From Azolla caroliniana (taxonomy: Eukaryota; Plantae; Polypodiophyta), in assembly GCA_043228905.1 (NCBI GenBank), contig JBHGNT010000041.1, positions 124,001 to 188,000 on the forward strand: a stretch of DNA of 64,000 bases, written 5' to 3'. The position numbers and the translations under genes were made by a program. Each line of letters starts with the position of its first letter. The stretch's first letter is position 1. This document shows positions 1 through 11,000 of the stretch, in pieces. The notes under the pieces are model-generated. The model did no database searches and was not told the origin of the DNA. It saw only the letters and a program-made list of their open reading frames with translations.

Positions 1-1541
1 TCCTCGGCCCGTTCCGAGTCTTGTACTGGCTTGAAGGGCCAACCCCTCTGGCCTTCTTAACATGCTTGTCTTCGACAAAACCTCGTAGTTCTGGCACATA
101 GCCTCCATGAAACCGATCTTTTCTTCTACCGGATCATCCCACCCGGTAGCCTTATGGACCGCCTCTCTGCGCAATTTGCCTCTTCCTTCCTTAGCCTCAG
201 CCCTAGTAAGCCCTCAAGTACAAGCGGCCAGAATCCGGCATTGTTTCTGGAACCGATGCCCTCTCTCCGCCTACCCAGATCCCTACCAACACTAAGGAAT
301 GAATCGCCTCGGCGTTTCGGGCCACAACTTCCTCCGTTAACCTTTTCATTCCCCATTTACCAGTGTTCCGCTCGAGGGGTTTTCGGGTCTCGCTTGCGTG
401 TACCCAGCCATTCCATAGGTACACGACATTGTTTTGTAGCATCTCGGCGAACTCGACGCAGTCCCTCTGCATGTGGTTGACACCGTCACATCACATGCAG
501 TTATAGTCATTCAGAGGCCACTGGTCACGTAAATGACCCCCGCCATCCCTTCGAGCTTGAGTGATCTGGAGATCGCGCACCATTTTCGTCAACTCTTCCA
601 GAGCTACACCCCCTGATGGTTCCTCAGTCGGAACCGGACCCGACTTGAGCCCTATTCTCATCTCGTCTGACCAAGTCGGGATCTACTCTGACCTCTTCCC
701 GACTATCGACGACCCCGCATCGTTCCATTTGTGCCATTTGTCGAAACGGCTACAAACCGTTTTGACCACGGCCTAATCGACTGTGAGCCCTTCATCTATC
801 TCCAAGAGGAGACCAACCTTCTCTCGATCAAGTCGATCAACCGACTTGATAAATAATAGGACCTTGCTTGTATCTAGCATGGTCCAATCTAACACTGAGA
901 GTTGAGCAAAACATTTTTCAAACTCTTGGAGGAGCACCAATGTATTCCTCCCTTTTCTGATGCTCTCAACCCACTCCATGAACTCCCTCTTCGACAACCA
1001 GAGCGAGTCGTCGAAGCCGTACCTTTCGAGGAGCCGTCCCTCGAACTCTGACCAGACCCGACAATCAACTTGAACCTCGAGCACTTCGGGGTGGATGCTT
1101 GGTGTGACGACTCACGGGAATCCGAACAGTCGTTTGTCCGATGGGAATTCCCACATCAGCACTTTGGCCCTATTCTCGTCTCTTCACATCTTTACCATTA
1201 AATTGGCCTATCGTCCCGTCTATCGTGTCGTCTATCATTTCGATGGCCCTATCGAGGCCACCTGCGATTTCCCGAGCATTCACCAAGGGATCGACAGTCA
1301 CTGCCATTGCTTCCGCAAGCTCATTCCCCTCATTTTAAACTCCTTTGCCGCCACTTTCACGTCGGGTTCACCAAAGATGTCACGGATTTCCGTGTGTGTG
1401 TCACTACCTAGTACTTATTAGTCCTAGAATATTTACAATGTTTTATGTAGATATAAGGCCTCGTTCGTGTGCATCCTTGCACACCCCCGTTCACGAGCAT
1501 CCGACTCCCTTTTCCCCTTATGGTTAGAAATCTTCACGACA
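1..1541 (-). mobile_element. 5' part of a degenerate Ty3/Gypsy-like LTR retrotransposon (short 5' LTR 1378-1541, tRNA-Trp PBS, gag remnants); continues off the window
   Basis: On the minus strand the LTR reads TGTCGTGAAGAT...ATCCGTGACA and is followed by TGGTGAACCCGACGTGA. Broken gag-like ORF pieces follow (773-1084, LERYGFDDSL...REFMEWVE). It interrupts the Copia RT start at 1542. Confidence 0.7.
1357..1373 (-). promoter_or_regulatory. Primer-binding site complementary to the 3' end of plant tRNA-Trp
   Basis: The + strand reads TCACGTCGGGTTCACCA, matching the plant cytosolic tRNA-Trp 3' end plus CCA, 4 nt from the LTR end. Confidence 0.8.
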
Positions 1542-1714
1542 ACATGTGGTTCTCATGCAAGGAATCCATCTCGTCTTGCATGGCGCTCAACCACTTTCGA
1601 CTGTGTGTATCCCTTTTTGCTTCCTCGAAGCTTTCTAGCTCCCCCTCATAAGTTAAGAGAACATGTTCTTCATCCGGAAATCTATGGCGAGCTCTTCTCT
1701 CTCTCAAAGGGTAT

Positions 1715-2728
1715 TGTTAATAATGTTGGATAACATGTCCCTCCAGATGGGAAGAGAATGAGCCGAATCGATGGGTGTGTTCTCGAAAACCGAAATTGAG
1801 CATCGATTATGACCGATTCGAGGGGTTATAATTGTAAATAGCTTGAATGTACCCCTTGTGGGCTACATTTGTAAATAGCCCGAAAGTTGTTTTAGTATAT
1901 AAGCAACTAGGGCAAACTTTATAGAAAAGAAGAAAGAGTTGAATCATTGTTGTATAGTTATATAGAAGGTAGTTGCCTTTGTAACTAGTGAGAGTGAGAG
2001 AGAGTGTAAGAGTTAGTAACTCTACAGTCGTCAGTCCGACGAAGAAGAACTCGAGGTCGTTGCCTCCGAGTTTCTTATTGTACTTCTCCTCTATCATAGT
2101 TATTCTATTTCTCGGGGTTTGTGGACCCCTGTGGTTTTTCCCTTTCGGGTTTTCTACGTAAAATATCTTGTGTCTCCGTTTTCTGTCATTTTTCTCTCTA
2201 AGCACTGTCATTGTCGACTCTTTGCACCCAAACATACAAATGAGAAACCGGTTGTGGCCGGTCATGATCTTAACAAATAATTAGGTAATTAACTACGGGT
2301 TTAGTAACTAATTATGTGAGTCATTAAGCAGCAGAAGATTATGTGATATGTGTGTGTATGTGTGTGAGAGGAAGAGAGAGAGGAAGTTACACTTATGAAC
2401 AATAATATAAATGGGGGATGATTAACAAGAGTGTAGTGAAAGACTCTTCTCTATATTAATAAGCATCATCATACAGCGATACCCACGATGAGGTATATAT
2501 ATATATATCATGTGCAAGGGTGCACATGTGTGAGGAGAATATAGGTACAAAGGTGTAAGTCATATATTAAATGAACATGGGAGTGGAGGATCTAGAATGT
2601 ATCCCACTCAAGTACAAAATACTATTTAAGGCTTTAAGGTCAACACACTAACTAGATTCTATCTAGGTAACTACTAAGTCACGTGGTTGAATAACTAACT
2701 AAATCTAGTTGAGTTTGATATCTCAACA
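1715..2728. mobile_element. Solo LTR (host of a nested solo LTR)
   Basis: TGTTAA...CTCAACA ends with a near-matching TSD GGTAT/TGTAT. Removing it rejoins the Copia sequence. Confidence 0.6.
1724..2275 (+). mobile_element. Solo LTR, 552 bp
   Basis: TGTTGG...CTTAACA with perfect TSD AATAA (1719-1723, 2276-2280), TATATAA near 1896 and a U5-like GGTTTTTCC..TCTTGTGT motif. Confidence 0.85.
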
Positions 2729-3205
2729 TGTATCTTTTGCCTCCATTTAATGCAGTCGACTCCTGGTTGACCTCTTCAATCAGTTTTTCATCCGAGCTAG
2801 ATTCGGATCCTCATTCGATCAACTATCTTCTTTCAACAAATTGCTCTTGTTCCTCAGTCGGCTTTTGATTTTGTCGACTATCTACCCGGCCGACTAGTTT
2901 GTATCTGACTTCGGTCGAATCAACAACTGGAGGCCTATTTTCCATCTCCCAGTTGGCAATCATCTTTTCTTCCATGAAGACGATATCTCGGCTCCTAATC
3001 ACCTTCTTGTCGATTAGGTCCCAAGGGCCACAGGCAATACCCGAATTCATCTTCGCCGTAGCTGAGAAATAGACACGGTCGGCTCTTGGGATCAAGTTTC
3101 CCCCTCTGGTCCTTAGCTACATGCACATAGGTCAGGCAACTGAACACCCTAAGATTCCGATATGATACCTCTTTGCTAGACCATACTCTTTGTGGTATGT
3201 CACCT

Positions 3206-3666
3206 TGTGAAAGTTAGCGTGCGGAAGCGTACGCCAAACCGGCTCTGCCAGATAGTAACAGTAAAGAGAAGAAGGTTTAATGGAAGCTTAACACAGAGAA
3301 TAAGCATACACAGGAGAGAGAGAGAGAGAGAGAGAAAGCAGAACATAAAACTCTATTAAAAAATAACACTTTGTAACTCTGTACATAGAATGTGCTCAGA
3401 GAGCACTTTTATACAAGTCCATAAAGGACTGACAGAAGTACTAACAGGTACTTCAATGCTCATATGAGCGACTATCACTGACTCCCAAAAATATGCCTAC
3501 GTACTAGGCTGGATCCGTAGGCCTCTAATGGCCTACCCATTTCAATCTGATCCGGCTCCTAGTTCCAGATATCATCCGAACACCGATCCGGTTCTCTGTT
3601 CTAGATACCGATCCGGCTCTGGCTTATTCAGCCGATCCAAATCCGGTTGAGCTTGCTTGCTCAATA
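3206..3666. mobile_element. Solo LTR, 461 bp, TG...TA ends
   Basis: Perfect TSD CACCT (3201-3205, 3667-3671). Excision restores the Copia integrase frame SPSVPLEGDIPQRVW. Confidence 0.85.
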
Positions 3667-4332
3667 CACCTTCTAGTGGTACTGAGGGAGACCTATTTAT
3701 TATGTAAACGGTCATCATCAATGTCCTGGCCCAGTATATCTTCGGCTACTTCGCATGTGCCAGCATACTTCAGACTCTTTCTATGATAGTTTGGTTCATT
3801 CTCTCGACTAGCTTGTTCAACTCTGGTATCTTTGGCACTGTGTACTCCAGCCGGACACCTTGAGTTCAATAGTATTCTTCGAACTACCCTTGATACTCTC
3901 CTCCGTTGTCTATCCAAACAACTTTTAGCTTTTGTTTGGATAACCTTTCTGTCCGGGCTTGGAACTCCTTGAACACGCTCAATACTTGATCCTTCATTTT
4001 CAACACATAAGCCCACAACTTACAATTGTAATCATCAATGAAGGCAATGAAGTATTGTCCATCAGAATGAGACCTTGCATCTACATACAATACATCGGTG
4101 TGCACAAGTTCCAAGGCAATTTTCCTCCACATGAGAGGCCTAGATCAAAAGGCGACTCTATTTTTTTTATCAACTAGGAAGTCGTCACATTTGTCCAAAT
4201 GCAACTTCTTCACCTCTAGAAGGAGTTCTCTTTTGGCTAGCATTTGCATACCCTTCTGACTCATGTGGCATAGCCTCTTATGCCTCCACTCACTGGTTGT
4301 GTCAACTGCCACATTTACCTTGTTTCGGCTAC

Positions 4333-4490
4333 CAAGTCCACATAAACAGTGCCAACCTAATCTAGATGGTAGAGGGTACATAATAACCACTTCATCAAGT
4401 CCATAGGGCCAACCTAGTCATAGATGGTAGAGGATACCTGGACGTCATCAAGTCCACAGGGCCAACCTAGTCTAGATGGGAGAGGGTAGT
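4333..4490. repeat. Degenerate ~55-60 bp tandem repeat (3 copies)
   Basis: Recurring CAAGTCCA..GCCAACCTA.TCTAGATGGTAGAGGGTA. Confidence 0.6.
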
Positions 4491-4686
4491 TGGCAACGAC
4501 AACCACATTACCAAATCGACAAAGGTTTGATCCCCTACATTGATAGGCATTTCTTACGACATAAAAATGTATATTGAACTGCACATGTCAAACGGACTTT
4601 TGTTGGCCACATAAAATGTTTTTGGAACTCTACGTGCTTACCAAGTAACAGGTAGTCTTGGTGGATGAAAGAATTTATGTTATCTA

Positions 4687-4759
4687 GTTGGCCTAACTCA
4701 AATGGTAGAGCACAAGGCTCTTAACCTTGTGGTCATGGGTTTGAGCCCCATGGATGGCG
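4687..4759 (+). pseudogene. tRNA-Lys(CTT) pseudogene
   Basis: Anticodon arm CAAGG-CTCTTAA-CCTTG is intact and a T-run terminator follows. The acceptor stem is weak, and the T-loop reads GGTTTGAG instead of GGTTCGAG. Confidence 0.75.
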
Positions 4760-4938
4760 TTTTTTACCACATAAAATGTTCGTTGAATTGTAGATCAACG
4801 AAAGTATTTAACAAACATGTTACGATAGCTTTATTGGTAGAACCTCATGGTTGGCATCGTTTGCCATGTAAAATGTTAACCTACTACTAATCAGTGTTAA
4901 TATTCTTGAGGACAACTTGGGACGAACCCGTTTATATA

Positions 4939-5069
4939 TAACAAAGTATGGCCATGAACTTGTGCCACCTTGCAACTCTCTATGCAAACATGTTGCCTAC
5001 TAATAAACAAAGTATGGCCATGAACTTGTGCCACCTTGCAACTCTTTATGCAAACATGTTGCCTACTAA
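4939..5069. repeat. ~66-bp tandem duplication
   Basis: ACAAAGTATGGCCATGAACTTGTGCCACCTTGCAACTCT...GCCTACTAA occurs twice. Confidence 0.8.
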
Positions 5070-5803
5070 CTTGCGGCAATGAATAAATGCCATCTTGTGA
5101 TCACTCTTATAACATAAAATAGAACAATACAATATGCTAACCAATATAAAACATTACATTTTAATGTCTCGCATCGTAGCAAACATTCCCCCCTCCCCCC
5201 TTTTTCCCCTCCCATACATAACACACACACACACACACACACACACTTATAGACACGCATAACACAACTACAATTACACATACACATTCATTCATGTAAG
5301 CGACTCTCACGCCCACATTTCTGACAAACACAAGAACATTTGAACATACACATACACATGTGCACGAGAGTGCCAATGCACATAAGTCCCCTACTTTATT
5401 TATATGCCCATGCAAAGTGCGCACACAAGTACAATCGGAGGCATTCTTCACATACATGCAAAAGTGCAAATACACACAAAAGATAAAACCCCTTACATCC
5501 ATATGAAAGTGTGTGAAAACACACATACACACACACAAAACCAACAACATTGACTTGAGAGACGGTTGCTAAATCAACTCCTCACTTCCCTTCTTTTCTC
5601 ATTCATCCAGTATTGACCCAAGACAATTTTTGTTTTGCTTCCATATCATCCTTTTAATTAGTTATGATTCTCTAGATTTTTGTTGTTTCTCTATCTTTAC
5701 TTTTGGTCCTTGGTGCCAATCATCCCAACCACAATCGTTATGAATGTCTACCCAACTCAATAAGTTCACGAGGTACAGTCCTTGATCCTTTCAAATGATG
5801 GCC

Positions 5804-6001
5804 CGATTGTTCCCTGGGCTTGGTTTGTCCTTAGGGGCTTTTCAAGTGGTGTGCCAATTGTTGTCCACGAGGACCTACTTCAGCATAGCAGACTCTATGA
5901 TATCTACAAGAGGCCTTGTCATGATTGTTCCTTAGGCTTGGTTTGTCCTTAGGGGCTTTTCAAGTGGTCTGTCAACTGTTGTCCACGAGGACCTACTTCA
6001 G
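5804..6001. repeat. Direct repeat (~80 bp, period ~118 bp)
   Basis: GATTGTTCC..GGCTTGGTTTGTCCTTAGGGGCTTTTCAAGTGGT...GGACCTACTTCAG occurs twice. Confidence 0.75.
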
Positions 6002-6588
6002 GAGAGCAGAGGAGAGGAGAGGAAAGACGGGCACTCCGTGATAACTACAAGAGGCCAGGACAAGCTTTTGTCGGGACAAGAGTCCACATGTTCCTGCTTG
6101 GCACACATCCCCGCCAATTTCTCCCTTCTTCTATATGTATGTAGTAAGTATAGAACACCCATTACCAGCTTCTTCTTCTTCATGTATTCTCTCTTGTTTG
6201 TACACATGGATGGCTTCTTCTTGTTCATCATATATTCTTTCTTATTGTATTTATACATGGATGAATGGATGGCTTTTGTCCTATGAACACACTAGCAGCC
6301 TCTTCAAGCCTTTCTCATGTCTTCCTTCCTTCTATAGATATGTATGATGGGTTTTTTCTATAGATATGTATGATGGGTTTTTTTCTACTGGCATGATGAG
6401 GATCTTTTCTTCTTCATATTCTTATCATATGGTTTGGAACCGAACCGAACCATGAAACCGTTAAACATTTTTCAAACCACCATCGCCATACTGTCTACAG
6501 CTGAGAATAAGACCTTGGAAGGCCTCCAAATGGTGGAAATGTTGATGATGACAATGTATTTGTTCTAAAGAGAAAAAGGAAGAAGAGC

Positions 6589-8037
6589 ATGGCTAAGGAA
6601 ATGGCAAAGGCCCAGGCAGCTACGACAGTGGGAGGATCCCGTGAATCACTTCCCGATTTTCAACCTGTTGCGGGGCTGATGGTTGAGCTTCAGCTATCAG
6701 AGCAAGAACAAGTACAAATGAGAGACGAGATCTACCGTTTGCAACAAAATTCTTTAATTATACAAGTTTTAGGTCTTCGGCCAAATCGTCAAGAGTTGAG
6801 GCACTTGCTACAGGCTCGATTACAGGCTGAAATTGGACGTATTGAAGATGTGCAATTTTTAGGAAGAGGCTATTATCATGTCGAGTTTCAAGACGAGGCA
6901 TCTGTCCAGGTATTACTTGCAATGAAATTTGTTGATATAAGAGGAGCATGGGTTAAATTTCAGGAATGGAAACATGGTTTTGATCCTATGAGAGAGACCC
7001 AACATGATTTTTTAGTTATAACTGCGAGTTTTCCGGGATTGCCTAAGGAATGTCATCATCTGTTGCATCAGTTAGGGGCTTTAATTGGAGTTGTATTAGA
7101 TGCTTATATACATAATAAAGATGGGAAAATATTTGGAATACCAACAGTTAAGTTATTATGTACTAGAGGAAAACCGTTGCCGGAATATGTGAAATTACCA
7201 TGTTTGGAAATTGGGGGATGTGGAAAGAGACAAAAAATTTTATATGCCGGGTTACCAAATCAATGTTTTGTATGTAGAAGAATGGGACATTTAGCTAAGG
7301 AATGTTCCTTGTCAAGAAAGGAGCCAAGACATGTTGTAAATGATGTGCCACAAACAAGTGTTGGCGGCACTTGGGTTCAAGTTGCCAAAAGACACATGAT
7401 AAAAAAAACAAGTCAAGATAAAATCAAATGGAAACCTAAGGATAATATATACAATTTGTTAACCAACGTAGACGACGGACAAACACAAATGATTGAAGAT
7501 GTAGGAAATATGGATGTACCTAGTAATAGGCGTCCTGGCAAGGAGATTGTGGATGGAATACAATCAAGGCCAGATGATCCTAAACTTGACATTCAAGTAT
7601 ATAATAAAGAACATCATGAAGGATGTAGTCATGAAATGGTTTTATATGATGAGAATGCTATTGTTCCGATCAGTGCATCAGAAACAATGGATGGACAAGA
7701 GATTGTAGGAGAATTACAAAATAAAAATCAGATAGTTGACATTGGGTTCTTGCCTTCTTTTGAAGGGAGGTGGACAAGATCCATGTCCAAGAATTTGTCA
7801 AAGGATCATAATCCTTTCATGAGGGATGCTAATGATTGGAGAACTTTCACGAAATCATTAGTTGAACATTTTCAAGGAAGTGATAGTAGGATTTCCTCTC
7901 AAAGAGTACATAAGCAGACTAATGCATTTAGTAAAGATCACATCTCTTTTAGAAGAATGATTAAGTCTCAAGACATGTCTCAAGAAGATAGGAATCGATG
8001 TTTGAAAGAAAGAAGATTATTATCTAAATTTGTGTAA
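6589..8037 (+). CDS. L1 ORF1 (DUF4283-like RNA-binding domain plus CCHC zinc knuckle), 482 aa
   Basis: LGRGYYHVEF motif and CFVCRRMGHLAKEC; ends 2 nt upstream of ORF2. Confidence 0.9.
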   Translation: MAKEMAKAQAATTVGGSRESLPDFQPVAGLMVELQLSEQEQVQMRDEIYRLQQNSLIIQVLGLRPNRQELRHLLQARLQAEIGRIEDVQFLGRGYYHVEFQDEASVQVLLAMKFVDIRGAWVKFQEWKHGFDPMRETQHDFLVITASFPGLPKECHHLLHQLGALIGVVLDAYIHNKDGKIFGIPTVKLLCTRGKPLPEYVKLPCLEIGGCGKRQKILYAGLPNQCFVCRRMGHLAKECSLSRKEPRHVVNDVPQTSVGGTWVQVAKRHMIKKTSQDKIKWKPKDNIYNLLTNVDDGQTQMIEDVGNMDVPSNRRPGKEIVDGIQSRPDDPKLDIQVYNKEHHEGCSHEMVLYDENAIVPISASETMDGQEIVGELQNKNQIVDIGFLPSFEGRWTRSMSKNLSKDHNPFMRDANDWRTFTKSLVEHFQGSDSRISSQRVHKQTNAFSKDHISFRRMIKSQDMSQEDRNRCLKERRLLSKFV

Positions 8038-8039
8038 AT

Positions 8040-11000
8040 ATGAAGATTATTTCTTGGAATGTTCAAGGTCTTGGGGGATCTTTATGTAAACAATATAAAA
8101 GGAGATTTCGGCAAGAGCTACATAAATGTATAATTGGGCAAGTGGACATAGTGATGTTACAAGAACATCACCTAAATGAAAGGCGTACTAAAGTCTATGG
8201 TTCATTATTGCCTGGAAAATGGGAAATGGTGTGGGTTCCAGCATATGGATCAACACAACTTAAAGGTGGATTATGTATGGCTATTCGGGATATATGGCAA
8301 GTAAAGATGTTGGAGGTAGGAAATTTGTTCTTGGGAAGAGCACAATATGTTATCATGGAATTTCATAATAAAAAGGTTGGCGTTTTGAATTTATATGCTC
8401 CTAATTCTTCTAGAGAACGATTAAAGATGTGGATTGAATTGGATAGATCATTGCCAACTGTAGATCATTGGTGTATAGCAGGAGACTTTAATATGATTGA
8501 GGACCCTGAGGATAGGAGTGGTGAGGGTGGAGTAACAGTGCATGGTCTAGAATTATCTGCATGGGAAAGATTTACTATAAGTAGAAGGTTGGTGGATGTT
8601 TGGCATTTACCATCATTTGGAAAACTACATAATTCGTTACGGTTTTCTAGATCTGATAGAAGAGTAAACGGGGCAAACCTGTCAAGAATTGATAGGATTT
8701 ATGTTGATGATTTATTTGCGGAGATAGGAGGGTGTGTTGGCATTTATCCAGGTACGACTTTCTCCGATCATGCCCCAGTTGTATTACAACTTAAGGTTGG
8801 GAAAAAACATAAGCAGCAAGGGAGAATAAGAATTCCACCAGAATTGTTTACAAAGTCTATAATTACTGAACAAGTTATGTATATATGGAGACAAACTTTA
8901 TTGCAAATTGGAAATGTGGAAGACAATGTGACCTTGGCAATATCTCATATTAGTAGTTTTTTAATCTCTTGGGTACAGGGGAAAAAGGAAACATATACAC
9001 AGAAAATTAATAGTATGCATCGTGCCTTGGCATCGTTGCAACATTTTCAAGAAAGGGATCCATTGTGTGAATGGACAGCAAATGCTTTACATAATGCGAA
9101 ATGGGAATTAAGAAAGATTGAGGACAACATTTTAAACTTTCAATATCAAGCTTCCGCTTCAAAATGGACACAAGTAGGTGACAAAGTAAACAAGATGTTT
9201 TTTTCCCAAGTTGCACCGAAATGGTCGACAATAGGAATTAAACAATTAAGGAGGGAAGATGGCTCCTTAACAGTAGATGAGTCAGAAATTGTACAAATTG
9301 CTACTACGTATTATGCTAAATTGTTGACTGTTGATGTGGCTACAGAATCTGTCCACATAAGTAGGAAACGGGTGTGGGATCAAATTAAGCCAAAAGTTTC
9401 AAATGAAATGAAGGTTGCATTAGTTAAGCCCTTTGACATTATGGAAATACATAATGCACTTAGAGCTTTAAGTCTTATGTCTTGTCCAGGGGAGGATGGA
9501 ATTACTCCACATTTTTTCCTCAATTATTGGGAATATATTGGGGAAGATTTAACAAAAGCTTATCAAAGAATTTTTGACACTGGGTATATGCCTCGTAGTA
9601 TGGCAGTTGGTTTGATTTATTTAATACCTAAGGGTGAAGGTATATCAGATGATATTAGAAAATGGAGACCAATAACTTTGTTAAATACAATATATAAAGT
9701 CTTTGCAAAAACATTGGCTTTGAGAGTGCAACCTTTTTTGCATGATTTGATTCATATCACCCAAACAGGTTTTATTCAGGAAAGAAGTATACTGGATAAT
9801 TTGTTCTTTTTTTGGGAAGCCATTGCCTTGGCTAGGAAGAAAAAAGAGAATTTAGTGATTTTGTTACTTGACTTTGAAAAAGCATATGATCGTGTTGATT
9901 GGGAATTCCTTCAGGGTACTCTTGTAAGATTGGGTTTTCCGGAGAAATGGGTGATAGGAGTGTCTTCTTTGTATAATTCAGCATGCAGTTCTGTTTTGGC
10001 TGGAGGGGTTAAAGGTGATGAGTTTCAAATTTCCCGAAGTGTAAGACAAGGCTGTCCACTTGCACCATATCTATTTCTGTTTTTTGCTGAAGCAATGAGT
10101 TTGTTTTTGACTGTTGAAGATGTTGGATTAAAAGGAATAGCAATGCCCATTGATGGGACAAATGTGGTTGATGTAGAATTTGCTGATGACACAAGTTTGT
10201 ATCTGGATTGTCACAATAATAATCTGCAGAACATGTACACAGCAATGCAAACATTTTGTATAGCTGCAGGTGCAGCAATTAATTGGAATAAATCAGTGGG
10301 TTTTTGGGTGTCGTCCGATTCCACAACTCCACAATGGAGTCCTCATCCAGATTTCAGATGGGTTCCCGAGGGCAATTCAGTTAGATATTTGGGATGTCAA
10401 GTAGGGTTGAATATTTCTTCAGAAATTCAGGTTGCTTCTTTGTTATTGAAAATTAGGAAAAAACTTATGTTTTGGAGTAAAGCTAAACTATCATTTGCGG
10501 GTAGAGTGATAGTCGTTAATCATGTTTTGTTGTCTAGTCTCTGGTATATTATGTCATGTTGGAGTTTTTCGAGATCATGTATGGGACAATTGCAAAGATT
10601 GATTCGAAATTATTTGTGGTCTGGTAATGATGGAAGCCATGCTAGGGCAAAAGTCTCTTGGTCCACAATTGTTAAGCCATTGGATCAAGGAGGATTAGGG
10701 ATTGTGGATCCATTACAACAATCGAAAGCTTTAATGGCAAAATTGGTGATTCGAGGATTATTGCCAGGATCGGAACCTTGGAAACAATTGTTGTTTTATG
10801 AATTGCAAAGGTTTTGTCCCAAGACGGGTGGAGATTGGACGCCTAGTGCTAGATGGGCTTTTATGGAACATAATAAATTGGCTATTGCTACAAGTTGGGA
10901 AGATAGATTTGCTCGATGTGTTCTTAAAGCATGGAAAGATATTTCTCGTGATTTAGTTAAGACATTGCCAAAAACGGAATCTGAATTCTGTAGGCAACCG

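Larger units (their letters stand above)
1542..4390 (-). mobile_element. Decayed Ty1/Copia internal region (GAG-pre-integrase, integrase, start of RT) interrupted by solo LTRs
   Basis: Motifs WRHKRLCHMS, LELVHTDV, YFIAFIDD, DNGGEY, SRDIVF, and ESFEEAK...KWLSAMQDEMDSLHENH at ~1545-1660, with many stops and frameshifts. Confidence 0.85.
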
